DNA from: a virus
Taxonomy: Duplodnaviria > Caudoviricetes
Length of the DNA: 62,907 nt
Virus record (IMG/VR): IMGVR_UViG_3300044638_001368
Location: 1-62,907 of that record
Direction: 5' to 3' (one strand)
Part shown: positions 16,474 to 26,118 of the stretch, piece by piece
Numbering within the stretch: position 1 is the stretch's first letter
How the letters are laid out: every line of letters starts with the position of its first letter
The notes under the pieces: generated by a model
What the model was told of the DNA's origin: nothing
The model's database searches: none
Seen by the model: the letters and a program-made list of their open reading frames with translations, nothing else
Program-made: the position numbers and the translations under genes

Positions 16474-17385
16474 TTACGGAGCGCCAGCCGAGGCGAACAT
16501 GCCCAGCGGGTCGGACCAACCGAACGAATAACGCTCGCGGCTCTTGTAACGAACGTTGCCGGTATCGAAGTCTCCGTCCATCGACTGCGTCATCGGTGCG
16601 CGGATAAAGTGCTTCAAACCATTCGGAACGTCCGTGGTCAGGAACCAAGCGTCGGTGTCGGTCAGGTAGTGGTTAACAGTGTAACCCTCCGGGATCGAAC
16701 CGTTGCTCTTCAGAGCGTTGATGTCGTTGTCGGCGGTGCTTACACGGAGTTCAGTCTCCAGCAAGCGGGTCGAAACGAACATCAGGCTCGGCGGGACAAC
16801 CAACTTACGGGGCTTAGCTGCGATGAGCAGGCCGCGTTCATCCGTCCAAGCCGCGATCTGAATTACGGCAGCTTCGAGGCTGGTTTCATTCAGGTCGGCA
16901 GGGGTGGGCGGAATGTTGGAGTTGGTACCACCGGAAACCAGCGGATGCGAAGCGCTGAACAGAGGCTGACCGTCGCCGCCCAGATAGGACGAGCTAAAGC
17001 CGTTGTTCAGAATCGCAGCCGCCTTGGTCTGCTTGGTATACGCCATGGCACGAGCCAGAGCCTTGGTGTAACGCGAAGACAGAGAGTCATAGAGGTTGTC
17101 CTCGATGGCTTCTTCCGTCAGCGAAAACCCAAGAGCAATCGTCTCGTGGTTGTAGCGGGCAGTGAAGACTTCCTGCGCATTGTCATAAGCAATGGCAGAG
17201 CCTTCGTTCTTAACCGGAGCAGCCGAAAAACCGGACAGCTTGGTTTCTTCTTCGAACGAGCGTTCCGAAGTTTCGGTCTCAAAGATTTCCTTATGCTCTT
17301 CGCCGTAACGAGCATATTCCAGACCGAACAGAGCGTTCAGGCCGGGAAGGAGTTCCTTAAGAAGTTGTGCGCGTGAAATAGCCAT
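16474..17385 (-). CDS. Major capsid protein (Mu gpT-like annotation class common in aquatic phages)
   Basis: MAISRAQLLKELLPGLNALFGLEY...EEAIEDNLY...RERYSFGWSDP; 303 aa; after the scaffold; followed by a terminator. Confidence 0.9.
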   Translation of the reverse strand: MAISRAQLLKELLPGLNALFGLEYARYGEEHKEIFETETSERSFEEETKLSGFSAAPVKNEGSAIAYDNAQEVFTARYNHETIALGFSLTEEAIEDNLYDSLSSRYTKALARAMAYTKQTKAAAILNNGFSSSYLGGDGQPLFSASHPLVSGGTNSNIPPTPADLNETSLEAAVIQIAAWTDERGLLIAAKPRKLVVPPSLMFVSTRLLETELRVSTADNDINALKSNGSIPEGYTVNHYLTDTDAWFLTTDVPNGLKHFIRAPMTQSMDGDFDTGNVRYKSRERYSFGWSDPLGMFASAGAP

Positions 17386-17399
17386 TTGTCATGTTCTCC

Positions 17400-18017
17400 T
17401 TAAACGCCGGTAGGCTGGGTATACTGGTGCCCGCCAACAGCGCCGGTTGTCGGCGCATTCCACTTCACAATCACTTCGGTGTAAGAACCGGGATAGCCCG
17501 CGATGGCGGTTTCCGGGACCACGTCGATGATGCGAATGGGGTACGTGTTGGTGGTAGCCGTGGTAGCCAGAATAGCCACCGCAGAGTTACCAGTGATCGT
17601 GGAGCCAACGTTCTGAACCAGCAGGGCGTTGTTGCCAACGTTACTGCGATTGACATAGCCAATCGTGGTGGTGGCAGACACTACCGCAACCTTGAACAAC
17701 TGATCCGGGTCATCCGCCACGAAGGCAACGATGTCCGAAGCATAAACAGCGCCGGGATAGTACTGACGGAACGTCTTTCCGAAGACTGGGTCCGTATAGG
17801 AGCAGCCGAGAAGAACGCCAACAGGGGTAGCAGCGTCAGTGCCGGTGTCCTGAACCAGAAGTCCGGTGTTCGCCAGCTTCACAACGTCACCATAAAAGAT
17901 GGCCGTCGCGGAGTTGGAAGCAATCGGAATCTGGCGCGTCGCGCCTGCAAAAACCTGCCCGCCAATCAGATTGATCGGAAGAAGCCCATACGGGGCTGTG
18001 ACAGAAGGGTATGCCAT
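17400..18017 (-). CDS. Head decoration/cement-like protein
   Basis: APYGLLPI...IFYGDVV...GVLLGC...DDPDQLF; directly upstream of the capsid gene. Confidence 0.6.
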   Translation of the reverse strand: MAYPSVTAPYGLLPINLIGGQVFAGATRQIPIASNSATAIFYGDVVKLANTGLLVQDTGTDAATPVGVLLGCSYTDPVFGKTFRQYYPGAVYASDIVAFVADDPDQLFKVAVVSATTTIGYVNRSNVGNNALLVQNVGSTITGNSAVAILATTATTNTYPIRIIDVVPETAIAGYPGSYTEVIVKWNAPTTGAVGGHQYTQPTGV

Positions 18018-18030
18018 TAGTTTCTCCTAG

Positions 18031-18480
18031 TTATTTGCCTTTGCCAAACGAGGACGAAGACTTCCTTTCACTAAAAAGGGGCATCTTCGGATTGTTCTCG
18101 CGCATAAAGTTATTGTCTACCGACTCGATTTGGTCTCGGTTCTTCTTAGCGAAGTATTCGCTGCGTTGAGCCATGAACTCCTCGGGAATCTTGCAGAGCA
18201 ACAACCCACCGACCTCAATGTTGTTCTTAAAACGACTATTGGGGTCCACCATCATGTGGAACTTGGGCTGTTCTTCGGACTTTACTGGTTCCCAACCTTC
18301 GCGCATCTTCGCAGACACATTGCTCGGGTCGGCTACATTCAAGTTCGAAACACGAATCCACCGGTACGAATATCCGGGCTGTTTGTCCGGTTCAGGCAGG
18401 GCCGAAGCTGGCTGCCATGATTTGGGACGCTCGGACTGGGTACGGTTTTCAAGTTCGCGTGCAAGTCTAGTCTCAGCCAT
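18031..18480 (-). CDS. Conserved head morphogenesis protein
   Basis: YRWIR...REGWEPV...GGLLLCKIP. Confidence 0.6.
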   Translation of the reverse strand: MAETRLARELENRTQSERPKSWQPASALPEPDKQPGYSYRWIRVSNLNVADPSNVSAKMREGWEPVKSEEQPKFHMMVDPNSRFKNNIEVGGLLLCKIPEEFMAQRSEYFAKKNRDQIESVDNNFMRENNPKMPLFSERKSSSSFGKGK

Positions 18481-18481
18481 T

Positions 18482-19432
18482 TTAGTTCTCCAACTTTCTC
18501 AGTTCCCGGGCGTACTGCTCGGGGGTTAAACCTAACTTCTTCGCAAGTAGAACTTGCGATTGTTTCAGTACGATCTTTTTGGAGGACGTACTGCGAGAGG
18601 CCGAAGCAACTACTGTGGCTGGCTTGGTTTCGGTGCGCGTAACGGGCTTGCCGCCCCCGTTAGCCGGTTGTTCCTGCTCCCCAAAATACTCTGGAAAGCG
18701 GCGGCGCATCGTGTCATCGACGTTGCGCCAATACTCGTCAGTACCAACATATTCTTTGCCGTACTGTTTTTCGAGTTTCTGATGGTATCCCAAAGCAAGG
18801 GATGTCATCTCCACGTCTGTTCCCCACCACGTATTGCGCTCTTGCCACGCAGTAGTCTTAGGGTCGAGACGCGGAGCTTGGGCCACGTCCTGAGCAATTT
18901 CTACCTCAGGTTCTGGAGCTTGTAAAGTAGACCTATAGTTTTTTAGCTGATGCAGGCGGTAGTTAGCGTCTGTCATCTTTTCCTGAGCTTCGACAACCTT
19001 GTCCGAGTCCCCGGCTTCGTAGGCTTCCTTGTAGGCTTTCCGTGCCGCAGTCATCTCCATTTCCGCAGAGTTCTTGGAGGTATCGACCAGCATCTGCTCA
19101 CCCTGAGACAGGCTGTTCTTTAGGCGGCGGTTCTCATCAACGACGCGGCGGGCTAAGTTAATGGCCTCCTGCTGTTCGCGGACAGCAGCTTCCTTTTCCC
19201 GACGCTCATCGTGCCAGACCTTCTTCATCTGCTTGAGTCGGGTCTTGACCTTGTCGGAGTATTCCTCCAGCTCGTCGGCTTCCAGCTCATCAACCAGAGC
19301 CTTGGGCATCGGGGTCTTACCCCGGTCTTCTACTGGAGTGTCATCCTCAACTTCGATTTCAGGCTTCTCCGCGCCTTCGATCTCTATTTCTAGGTCTTGG
19401 ATATCGTCCTTTTTCTTAGTATTATCAGCCAC
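18482..19432 (-). CDS. Capsid scaffolding protein
   Basis: Acidic coiled coil with C-terminal LAKKLGLTPEQYA helix-turn-helix. Confidence 0.7.
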   Translation of the reverse strand: MADNTKKKDDIQDLEIEIEGAEKPEIEVEDDTPVEDRGKTPMPKALVDELEADELEEYSDKVKTRLKQMKKVWHDERREKEAAVREQQEAINLARRVVDENRRLKNSLSQGEQMLVDTSKNSAEMEMTAARKAYKEAYEAGDSDKVVEAQEKMTDANYRLHQLKNYRSTLQAPEPEVEIAQDVAQAPRLDPKTTAWQERNTWWGTDVEMTSLALGYHQKLEKQYGKEYVGTDEYWRNVDDTMRRRFPEYFGEQEQPANGGGKPVTRTETKPATVVASASRSTSSKKIVLKQSQVLLAKKLGLTPEQYARELRKLEN

Positions 19433-19441
19433 TTGTGCCTC

Positions 19442-19852
19442 CTAGGCTCTGCTGATGCCGCGAGGGTCTTCAACAATGCCCTCCACGGAATCGTCGTTAA
19501 TGATCCTGAACTCACGCCCGTGGATTTTCACCCGGGTGCCGGAATGGGGGCGCACAAGGATAAAGTCGCCCTCCTTGCACCAAGGGCCACTGGGGAAACG
19601 TGTTGCATCTTTGTAACAGTCAGGGCCCATTTTCAGGACAAACAGGACTGTGGTGAGGAGCTCTTCATGGTGAACGGTGATATCGGCCTTAAGGATGCCG
19701 CTATCGAACTTCTTGTCCACTTCGGGGATAGCGCACAGAATACGGTACCCAGACGGGTCTGGTAGCTGCTTGGCCTTAAGTTCAGGAGTATCGGGTAGTA
19801 CGGTAGTGTCTTCCAAATTGTCGGGGTTTGAGCCGACGAGAAGTTCAGTCAT
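19442..19852 (-). CDS. GroES-like co-chaperonin
   Basis: PSGYRIL...SGI...MGPDCY...WCKEGDFIL...RIINDDSV. Confidence 0.8.
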   Translation of the reverse strand: MTELLVGSNPDNLEDTTVLPDTPELKAKQLPDPSGYRILCAIPEVDKKFDSGILKADITVHHEELLTTVLFVLKMGPDCYKDATRFPSGPWCKEGDFILVRPHSGTRVKIHGREFRIINDDSVEGIVEDPRGISRA

Positions 19853-20039
19853 CTGAATTTTCCAACCTTTCTGCGGTTTCGATTAGCATGTTGTTTGCAA
19901 GGAGCAGCCCACGGATAATCCCGCAGGCGTACTTGTAGTCTCCGAAGTCCTTGGCTTTACCCATGGACATGTCTTCGGACAGCACTAGGCGTTCGTCTCT
20001 TAGTTTGTCTGAAAGATATTTCAGTATGTCGTCCCTCAT
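19845..20039 (-). CDS. Hypothetical protein
   Basis: DYKYACGIIRGL; between portal and GroES-like genes. Confidence 0.6.
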   Translation of the reverse strand: MRDDILKYLSDKLRDERLVLSEDMSMGKAKDFGDYKYACGIIRGLLLANNMLIETAERLENSDD

Positions 20040-22513
20040 TCAGTCTCCTCTGGTTTACTTCCTTGCGCTGTGGTTCGGGCTTCCTGAGCCATCTCCCTAG
20101 CGATATCGACGCCTATACGGAGTTTGGCTTCCTGCTGTTTGGCAGACAGGTTGGCCTTATCCGTGGCGATCTTTGCACCGACATTCATGCCAGCGATTCG
20201 TTCCTGAACGGCGAGACGTTCGCGTTCGAGGTCCAGTTTGTCCTTGGCGGTTGCGCCATCAACAAGCAGCTTCTGGCGCTTGATCTCGGTTTCGTGTCCC
20301 TTGATCTCAAGTTCCTTCTGCTGCATCTGGACAAGCGGGTCCTGCTGTAGCTGCTGTGCTTTTTGCTGCGCGGCTTCAGCTTGGTTCTTCTGGAGCAGTT
20401 GCTGTGCGGCGGCAGCAGCCAGACGAGAAATCTGGACCTCTGTCTGCTCATCCATCTCAGCGTCAGGTGCCGGGTACGGGACACCAGCCTGCTCTTCGAT
20501 CTGCTGACGGTACTCGAACGCCATATGTTCCGAAATATGCGCCTGAAGAGCCGCCATCATCGCCTGCGCCTGCGGGTTCTGCCCAATAATCTGTGCGATC
20601 TTGGGGTCCTGCATCATGGTCTGGTGGACGGTAATATGGGCCTTGTGGTCCTGATAAATGAACGCCTTCATGGGTTTGCCCTTCAGGACCGACATATTCT
20701 CACTGACTGGGTCCACAGGCTTCTGGTCGTCGTCCAGTTTGACAAGCTTATTAGCGTTCTGAATGCCCAAGACTTCGAGCATCTCCCGGTGCAGGTAGGG
20801 CATGTCGTACAGCTGCGGCGCACCCTGCGCCAACTGCATCACTGCCTGATACTGGACAACCTTCTGCGCCATGGTGGCAGCGTTGGGGTCGGACACCGGG
20901 ATTACAGTGACGAGATCGTAGTCGCCCCTTTTGGCACGCGGCGTGCCATCTTCGGGTTCGTAGTCGTAGGACTCGGGGGTGTAGTCGCGGATGATGTCCC
21001 GCAGCAGGATGAACTCCTGCTTCATGGAGTAGTGAATGCGGGCCTGCACAGCCGACATCACCTTCAAGGTTCGTTCAAGAATAGCCAACGTCGTACCCAC
21101 CGGGCTGTTGGCGGACATGTCGCTAACCTGCAAATCAGCAGCGCCAGCGAAGCGGCGACCTTCATCAACGATGGTACCAAGTAGCGTGTAGAGGACCTGA
21201 GACGGCTCCTTGTACGGGAGCGTCATGATGTTGTCTTTGATCGTACCAGACGAAACGTCTACGTCCCGGAACTCAGCCGGTGCAATAGGCGTGTCGTCTC
21301 CTTTGACACGAAGTCCGCGAGTCTTGAAACCACCCGGTAGGTTTGACAGGGTACCAGCATCAACAAGCTGACGAATGATACTAGTGCCAGACTTAGCAAA
21401 AGCGCCAATGAGATGAATAAGGCCAAAAGCGTAGAAGCCAAAACCCGGAATATAAGAGTAGTGAACAAAATGATTGCGCTTGCGCTTGCTTTTATCATCT
21501 GAATGCCAATTCCTTCTGATAGCTAAAACGGTTTCTGTGCCCTTCTCAATCGTAATGACGTAGGGCAGGGCGATGCCTGTCTCTTTGCCGTCGTCGTCCT
21601 TGTCTTCAAACCCGGGCAGGTCAACGTCAACGTGCATCTCAAGAATCTTGAAGCGCTCATCGTACGAAGCCCGGAAGCCCATCTTCTCCGCGATCTTCTT
21701 CTCGACTTCGTCAAACGTGCTGTTCGGCTCACCAAGGTCCTCATCCCGATAGAAGCCAGCAGCCTGTAGCTTCTTGATCTCGTTGGGTGTCTTGCGCATG
21801 ACGTGCGTGACACGTTCAGCAGACTGGAGATTACTGGCACCATACGGAACGACGACATCCTCGGCGGGCACGTACATCGACACCTGCCTAGAAAGGCTCG
21901 GATCGTAGTAGACCTTCTTGAAGGCGTTACCCGACAGACCCAAGCCCCACAGCATCCGCTCGTGTTCGGGGCGGTACTCAGCCATCACGTCGGTCAACTG
22001 GTAGTTCATGTCAGCAGCGACACGAACCGAAGCTTCTTTCTTCTCCGTGGTCTCCTTACCAATAATCTGCGTCTTGACCGGACCAGCGGCGGGGAACGTA
22101 CTCATCATGGTCTCGGCTTGGAACTTGACCAGTGCTTCGGATAGCAGAGGGTGGTAGACACCACACGCTCCCGGCCACGGCTCGGTGCGGTCTTCGACCT
22201 TCAAACCAAGCAACTCAAGGCCGTCCACGTAGGTCTGAATCCAGTCCTTACGGGCGCTAATATCTTCGTCAAACTCGCTCAGTAGATCACCTACTAGGCT
22301 AGTCAGTTCCTTCTCGTTCATTTCTTCGGCAAGGTTAGCGTTGAACTCGTCGTCTTCCGCATCACCGGGTTCAAGTTCGATCTCCATGTCCCCGGTCTTG
22401 ATCTTGACACTCTCCGGGTCTTCGATCTCGATTTCGATATCGGGTCCAAGGTCTTCTTCGTTTAGACCGGTGAGACCCAGCGGGGCTTGGTTCACTGCTT
22501 TGTCGATAGCCAT
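20036..22513 (-). CDS. Portal protein
   Basis: 825 aa; PWPGACGVYHP, GNAFKKVYYD, RQLVDAGTLSNLPGG; C-terminal Gln-rich coiled-coil barrel. Confidence 0.88.
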   Translation of the reverse strand: MAIDKAVNQAPLGLTGLNEEDLGPDIEIEIEDPESVKIKTGDMEIELEPGDAEDDEFNANLAEEMNEKELTSLVGDLLSEFDEDISARKDWIQTYVDGLELLGLKVEDRTEPWPGACGVYHPLLSEALVKFQAETMMSTFPAAGPVKTQIIGKETTEKKEASVRVAADMNYQLTDVMAEYRPEHERMLWGLGLSGNAFKKVYYDPSLSRQVSMYVPAEDVVVPYGASNLQSAERVTHVMRKTPNEIKKLQAAGFYRDEDLGEPNSTFDEVEKKIAEKMGFRASYDERFKILEMHVDVDLPGFEDKDDDGKETGIALPYVITIEKGTETVLAIRRNWHSDDKSKRKRNHFVHYSYIPGFGFYAFGLIHLIGAFAKSGTSIIRQLVDAGTLSNLPGGFKTRGLRVKGDDTPIAPAEFRDVDVSSGTIKDNIMTLPYKEPSQVLYTLLGTIVDEGRRFAGAADLQVSDMSANSPVGTTLAILERTLKVMSAVQARIHYSMKQEFILLRDIIRDYTPESYDYEPEDGTPRAKRGDYDLVTVIPVSDPNAATMAQKVVQYQAVMQLAQGAPQLYDMPYLHREMLEVLGIQNANKLVKLDDDQKPVDPVSENMSVLKGKPMKAFIYQDHKAHITVHQTMMQDPKIAQIIGQNPQAQAMMAALQAHISEHMAFEYRQQIEEQAGVPYPAPDAEMDEQTEVQISRLAAAAAQQLLQKNQAEAAQQKAQQLQQDPLVQMQQKELEIKGHETEIKRQKLLVDGATAKDKLDLERERLAVQERIAGMNVGAKIATDKANLSAKQQEAKLRIGVDIAREMAQEARTTAQGSKPEETE

Positions 22514-23541
22514 TATATTAACTTTCTTCTTTTCGCCGGATTACCGTCGTCGATGGTTATTGCGCCGCCTTTGGCGTTCCCAAGAAGCGGGTCTGTGTAA
22601 TCAAACTTAGTGGCAAATTGTGATTTAAATTGACCCGGATCGAACACAGCGATACCTGTGGGAGGATTCTTTAGCGCGTTGCTTTCATAATCCAGATAGG
22701 AGTCAAACCCGGCGTTCTTTATATTACTAGTGTTATATTCTATGTCGTGCCAATCCCATGGGTATTCATCTAAATGACTACGCAAACCACCAACGTTTTT
22801 TAATTCTTTTACTTTAGATGGATTTTTTTTAACTTTAACTAGTTTGCGGTGCTTTGGGTTGGCAATATCAAACAAACTAGTAGCACGAACACGTAGAGGG
22901 TATATATTTTGACCCTCCCCGACCCCCATATCAGCAAATATTTTCGCAAAAGATGGATCGAAAGCCGCAAACCCAGCTACAGGCGCATCAGGGTTCCCGC
23001 GAGTACCTGTAAATTTATCTATAGTCACACTACCACGCTCTTGTTCTGGAATAGGACGCCACATACCACTATCAGGTACTACGGCTTTTTGGTCTGCTAC
23101 TTTTAATTGATTTGTCCCATGATACATTACGGGCGGCGCAGCACTTCCTTTGTAGAAGTTCTGTAGGTTAGGATCATCCGGAAGTGGTGCGGTGTTTTTA
23201 TATTTTTGCAAAAACTCTTCTATTTCTGGACGGTGTAAAAAACGTTGTGCTTCCCTTACTGCCTGCATCTCGCCTACTCTGCGGGGTATAACAGAACCTA
23301 CGCCCACCATGTTCATGGCGGCGTTCAAAGTATTTTCGGGGGTTGCTTCGCGCTCCCCAGAGTAGACATCCCCGGGCAAGGTGATGGCGTCATAGATAGA
23401 ATTAACCGCACCAGACAAAAGGCTGGGAACCGCTAACTCTTTAGCGCCGGTTTTTTTGTTTATCCGAACAGGCAGAATGTTAAGGTAGTCGTACTTGTTG
23501 TCCTGCGGAATAATCTCAGCCAACCCCTTCTTCCCAGCCAT
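22513..23541 (-). CDS. ADP-ribosyltransferase-like protein (ART-PolyVal-like)
   Basis: VMYHGT...FAAFDPSFAKIFA...NIYPLRVR...AGFDS...IAVFDPGQFKS pattern. Confidence 0.6.
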   Translation of the reverse strand: MAGKKGLAEIIPQDNKYDYLNILPVRINKKTGAKELAVPSLLSGAVNSIYDAITLPGDVYSGEREATPENTLNAAMNMVGVGSVIPRRVGEMQAVREAQRFLHRPEIEEFLQKYKNTAPLPDDPNLQNFYKGSAAPPVMYHGTNQLKVADQKAVVPDSGMWRPIPEQERGSVTIDKFTGTRGNPDAPVAGFAAFDPSFAKIFADMGVGEGQNIYPLRVRATSLFDIANPKHRKLVKVKKNPSKVKELKNVGGLRSHLDEYPWDWHDIEYNTSNIKNAGFDSYLDYESNALKNPPTGIAVFDPGQFKSQFATKFDYTDPLLGNAKGGAITIDDGNPAKRRKLI

Positions 23542-25070
23542 CAGTAGTATCCCTTACCCCGGTTTGACTTAAACATCTTGGGCTCTTCTTTCTCGTCCAA
23601 ATCGGAACCCACGTAGCCACCCCTGCGGAACCGCATCAGGGCCAAAGAAACCGAGTCAACATAGTCGTCGTGCTCACCCGCAGGGAACTCAGCGACTTCG
23701 TTAACCACCTCTTCAGCCCAGTGGGTGTTGGGACACCATACTCTACCACTAGCAAATAAGTCACTAACTGCGTTCAGTCGGCTGATCTTATCATTACCCT
23801 TGCTTGGTGTGAACTCCTGCACCGGGATGCCCATGGCCCGCATCTCATATATAAGTGGGGCACCGCTGGCCTTCTTCTCGATGATGATACTGTCGGGCTT
23901 CCACGACTTGTACTGGTCCACCGCCACCTGTTTTAGCTGGGGAAACTCCATTCTTTCCCGGAAGGCATTAAGAAGTATGATGTTTGCCTGCTCCTTACCC
24001 GTCGCATCGGCTTGGTAGAACACCCCCCACGTGGTTAGGGCCGAATAGTCGGCACGCTGGCTCTTCTCAAACGCCGTATCCCACGCCATTAGGGTAAAAG
24101 TGCACTTGGGGGGCACTTCGGACTCCCAAATCATCCACCAGTCCCGCTTAACGATGGCCGAAGTCTCACTAGTGGGGTTCTGCTGGTACTGAGCCATCCA
24201 TTTTGGGTTCGGAAGCTCTTCTTTTAGGGCCGTAAGCTCCTCAAGTGACCAAAATTCAGGCCAGAGGGGGTTACCGGAGGGCAAAAGCGCCGGAAATTCA
24301 ATGACTTCCCACTCTTCACCGCCCCGTTGGAGCGCCGCCTTGACTACTTGCCCCGTCAAGTCACGTTTAGACCACCGCGTCATCACTATGACGATGGCAC
24401 CACCGGGCTGGAGTCGCTGCCGGGGTCCCGAAGTGTACCATTCGTAGACCTTATCGTAGACTTCCGGGCTGGTTTCCGCGATTGCCGCTTCCTGTTCACT
24501 GTGCGGGTCGTCGATAATGAGCAGGTCGGCACCTTTACCAGTCACCGCACCCCCAACACCGATGGCGAAGTAGTCACCACCCTTGCTGGTGTTCCACCGG
24601 CCAGCCGCCTTGGAGTCTGCCTGCAAGACTAAGTCCGGGAAAATCTTATGGTATGCCTCTGTATCTACTAAGTTACGCACTTTGCGCCCGAAGCCCACGG
24701 CCAACTCAGCCGTATGGGAGGTCTGGATGACCTTCTTGCCCGGTTCCTTGCCTAGGAACCAAGCTGGCAGCAGATAACTGGCGAACTCGGACTTAGTATG
24801 CCGGGGTGGCATATTGATAATGAGCCGCTTGCACTCACCCTTGGCTACCCGTTCAAAGGCATCGGCCATGCGGGCATGGTGCCTACCCCCGATGAATGAC
24901 GGCCACATCTGGGCCACGAAGGCCAAGAATTTGTTCTTGGCTAGCTTCTGTTTCTTCAGGGACTCTAGGTGATCCAGCTCAGCTAGGAGCTTCTCCTGCT
25001 CTGGTATGGACAGGGCTGAGAGTATGGTCGGGATGTCTTTAAGTGAGATGTTGTCGAGCAGGTCGGTCAG
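23541..25070 (-). CDS. terL: Terminase large subunit (frame open to a CTG at 25070)
   Basis: MPPRHTKS Walker A, LLIIDDP Walker B, AWDTA/EKKASG/HDDYVDS nuclease; frame extends 48 codons upstream of the track start. Confidence 0.92.
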   Translation of the reverse strand: MTDLLDNISLKDIPTILSALSIPEQEKLLAELDHLESLKKQKLAKNKFLAFVAQMWPSFIGGRHHARMADAFERVAKGECKRLIINMPPRHTKSEFASYLLPAWFLGKEPGKKVIQTSHTAELAVGFGRKVRNLVDTEAYHKIFPDLVLQADSKAAGRWNTSKGGDYFAIGVGGAVTGKGADLLIIDDPHSEQEAAIAETSPEVYDKVYEWYTSGPRQRLQPGGAIVIVMTRWSKRDLTGQVVKAALQRGGEEWEVIEFPALLPSGNPLWPEFWSLEELTALKEELPNPKWMAQYQQNPTSETSAIVKRDWWMIWESEVPPKCTFTLMAWDTAFEKSQRADYSALTTWGVFYQADATGKEQANIILLNAFRERMEFPQLKQVAVDQYKSWKPDSIIIEKKASGAPLIYEMRAMGIPVQEFTPSKGNDKISRLNAVSDLFASGRVWCPNTHWAEEVVNEVAEFPAGEHDDYVDSVSLALMRFRRGGYVGSDLDEKEEPKMFKSNRGKGYY

Positions 25071-25672
25071 GGGGTTTCCCCTTCTTCGTCTTCCTCAGTA
25101 CCCGTCTCGTTCGCGCTAGCTACCCCAAGCTCATCGTCGAGGTCATTGTTCAGCGGGGTGATATCTATAATGTCAGCGTTAAGCAGGCGCTTGACCCGTT
25201 CCTTGATGGCATTCTCAAGGTCCTCGGGGTTCTTGTAGTTGATGGTGATTTCGCTGCGCTCGGTAAAGATTCCAATATCCGAGTGCTTACCCAGCAGTTC
25301 CAGAGCCTTAAGTTCAAACTTAGGGTCACCGCAGTTGGCGATCTCCATGAGCTTGTTTGTAATAGCAGCACGTGCGCTGGCTGCGTCTAGTGCCAGCTGT
25401 TGGCCGTAGGTTTTGAGGAATGCAGCGGCTGCGAATGCCGTGTTCACATTAGTAAGGTTCTTGGATTTTTGCTTGCTTATAACGGCCTTTAGCAGGCTTT
25501 CCTGCCGTGCCGCGTCAGCCGGGTCCAGCTCTAGTGAAGCACCAAGATCAACCTGAAGTTCCGCAGTTGCTCCTGCTACCGCCATTTCCTCAAGGAAAGT
25601 CGGGGATACCTCTGGCGAAGTATCGTAGGGAACCGGGTGTTCGTCGGTAGGCTCTACGTGGACTATAGGCAT
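25067..25672 (-). CDS. terS: Terminase small subunit
   Basis: ELKALELLGKHSDIGIFTER motif; immediately upstream of TerL. Confidence 0.7.
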   Translation of the reverse strand: MPIVHVEPTDEHPVPYDTSPEVSPTFLEEMAVAGATAELQVDLGASLELDPADAARQESLLKAVISKQKSKNLTNVNTAFAAAAFLKTYGQQLALDAASARAAITNKLMEIANCGDPKFELKALELLGKHSDIGIFTERSEITINYKNPEDLENAIKERVKRLLNADIIDITPLNNDLDDELGVASANETGTEEDEEGETP

Positions 25673-26041
25673 AAATATGGTGTCTGCACGCCGTTTGGGG
25701 CCTCAGTTAATGAAGTAGTAGGAGAAACAAGTTGCGAAGTAAACCCAAGCAAAAACTTTTTGAAAAAATATACCCCCCGGGGGGTGTTGAAATAAAATTA
25801 CATAGGGGGGGTCTGCTGTGAAAACGCGGTATTGGTTGAGCATATTAATATGTATAGGGAGTCCCGCCGTCACATATATAAAGTGAGGGATAGGGGGCCG
25901 GTAGGGTCTGACTGGGGCGAAAACGTGCTTCCATGCCCCATGCGGTTCGCACGACAAAGCGGCCCAAATAGTGACACGTCACTAAATCCACCCCGGAAAA
26001 AACCCAGCTAACCCCAGTCAATTCCCAGTTTCGTAAGGCCC

Positions 26042-26069
26042 TTGCATCTTGCGTGTACTTCGCTACACT
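26042..26069 (+). promoter_or_regulatory. Putative sigma70 promoter for the first early gene
   Basis: TTGCAT-16-TACACT upstream of ATG 26119. Confidence 0.5.
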
Positions 26070-26118
26070 CAACGAACCGATGGGGATTTTCCCAACGGTT
26101 TTTAAAGGGAACTAGAAA

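Noticed and set aside
15633-17376. Long overlapping ORFs (15633-16379, 15769-16407, 16609-17376)
   Set aside because: Shadows of the decoration and capsid genes, without recognisable motifs
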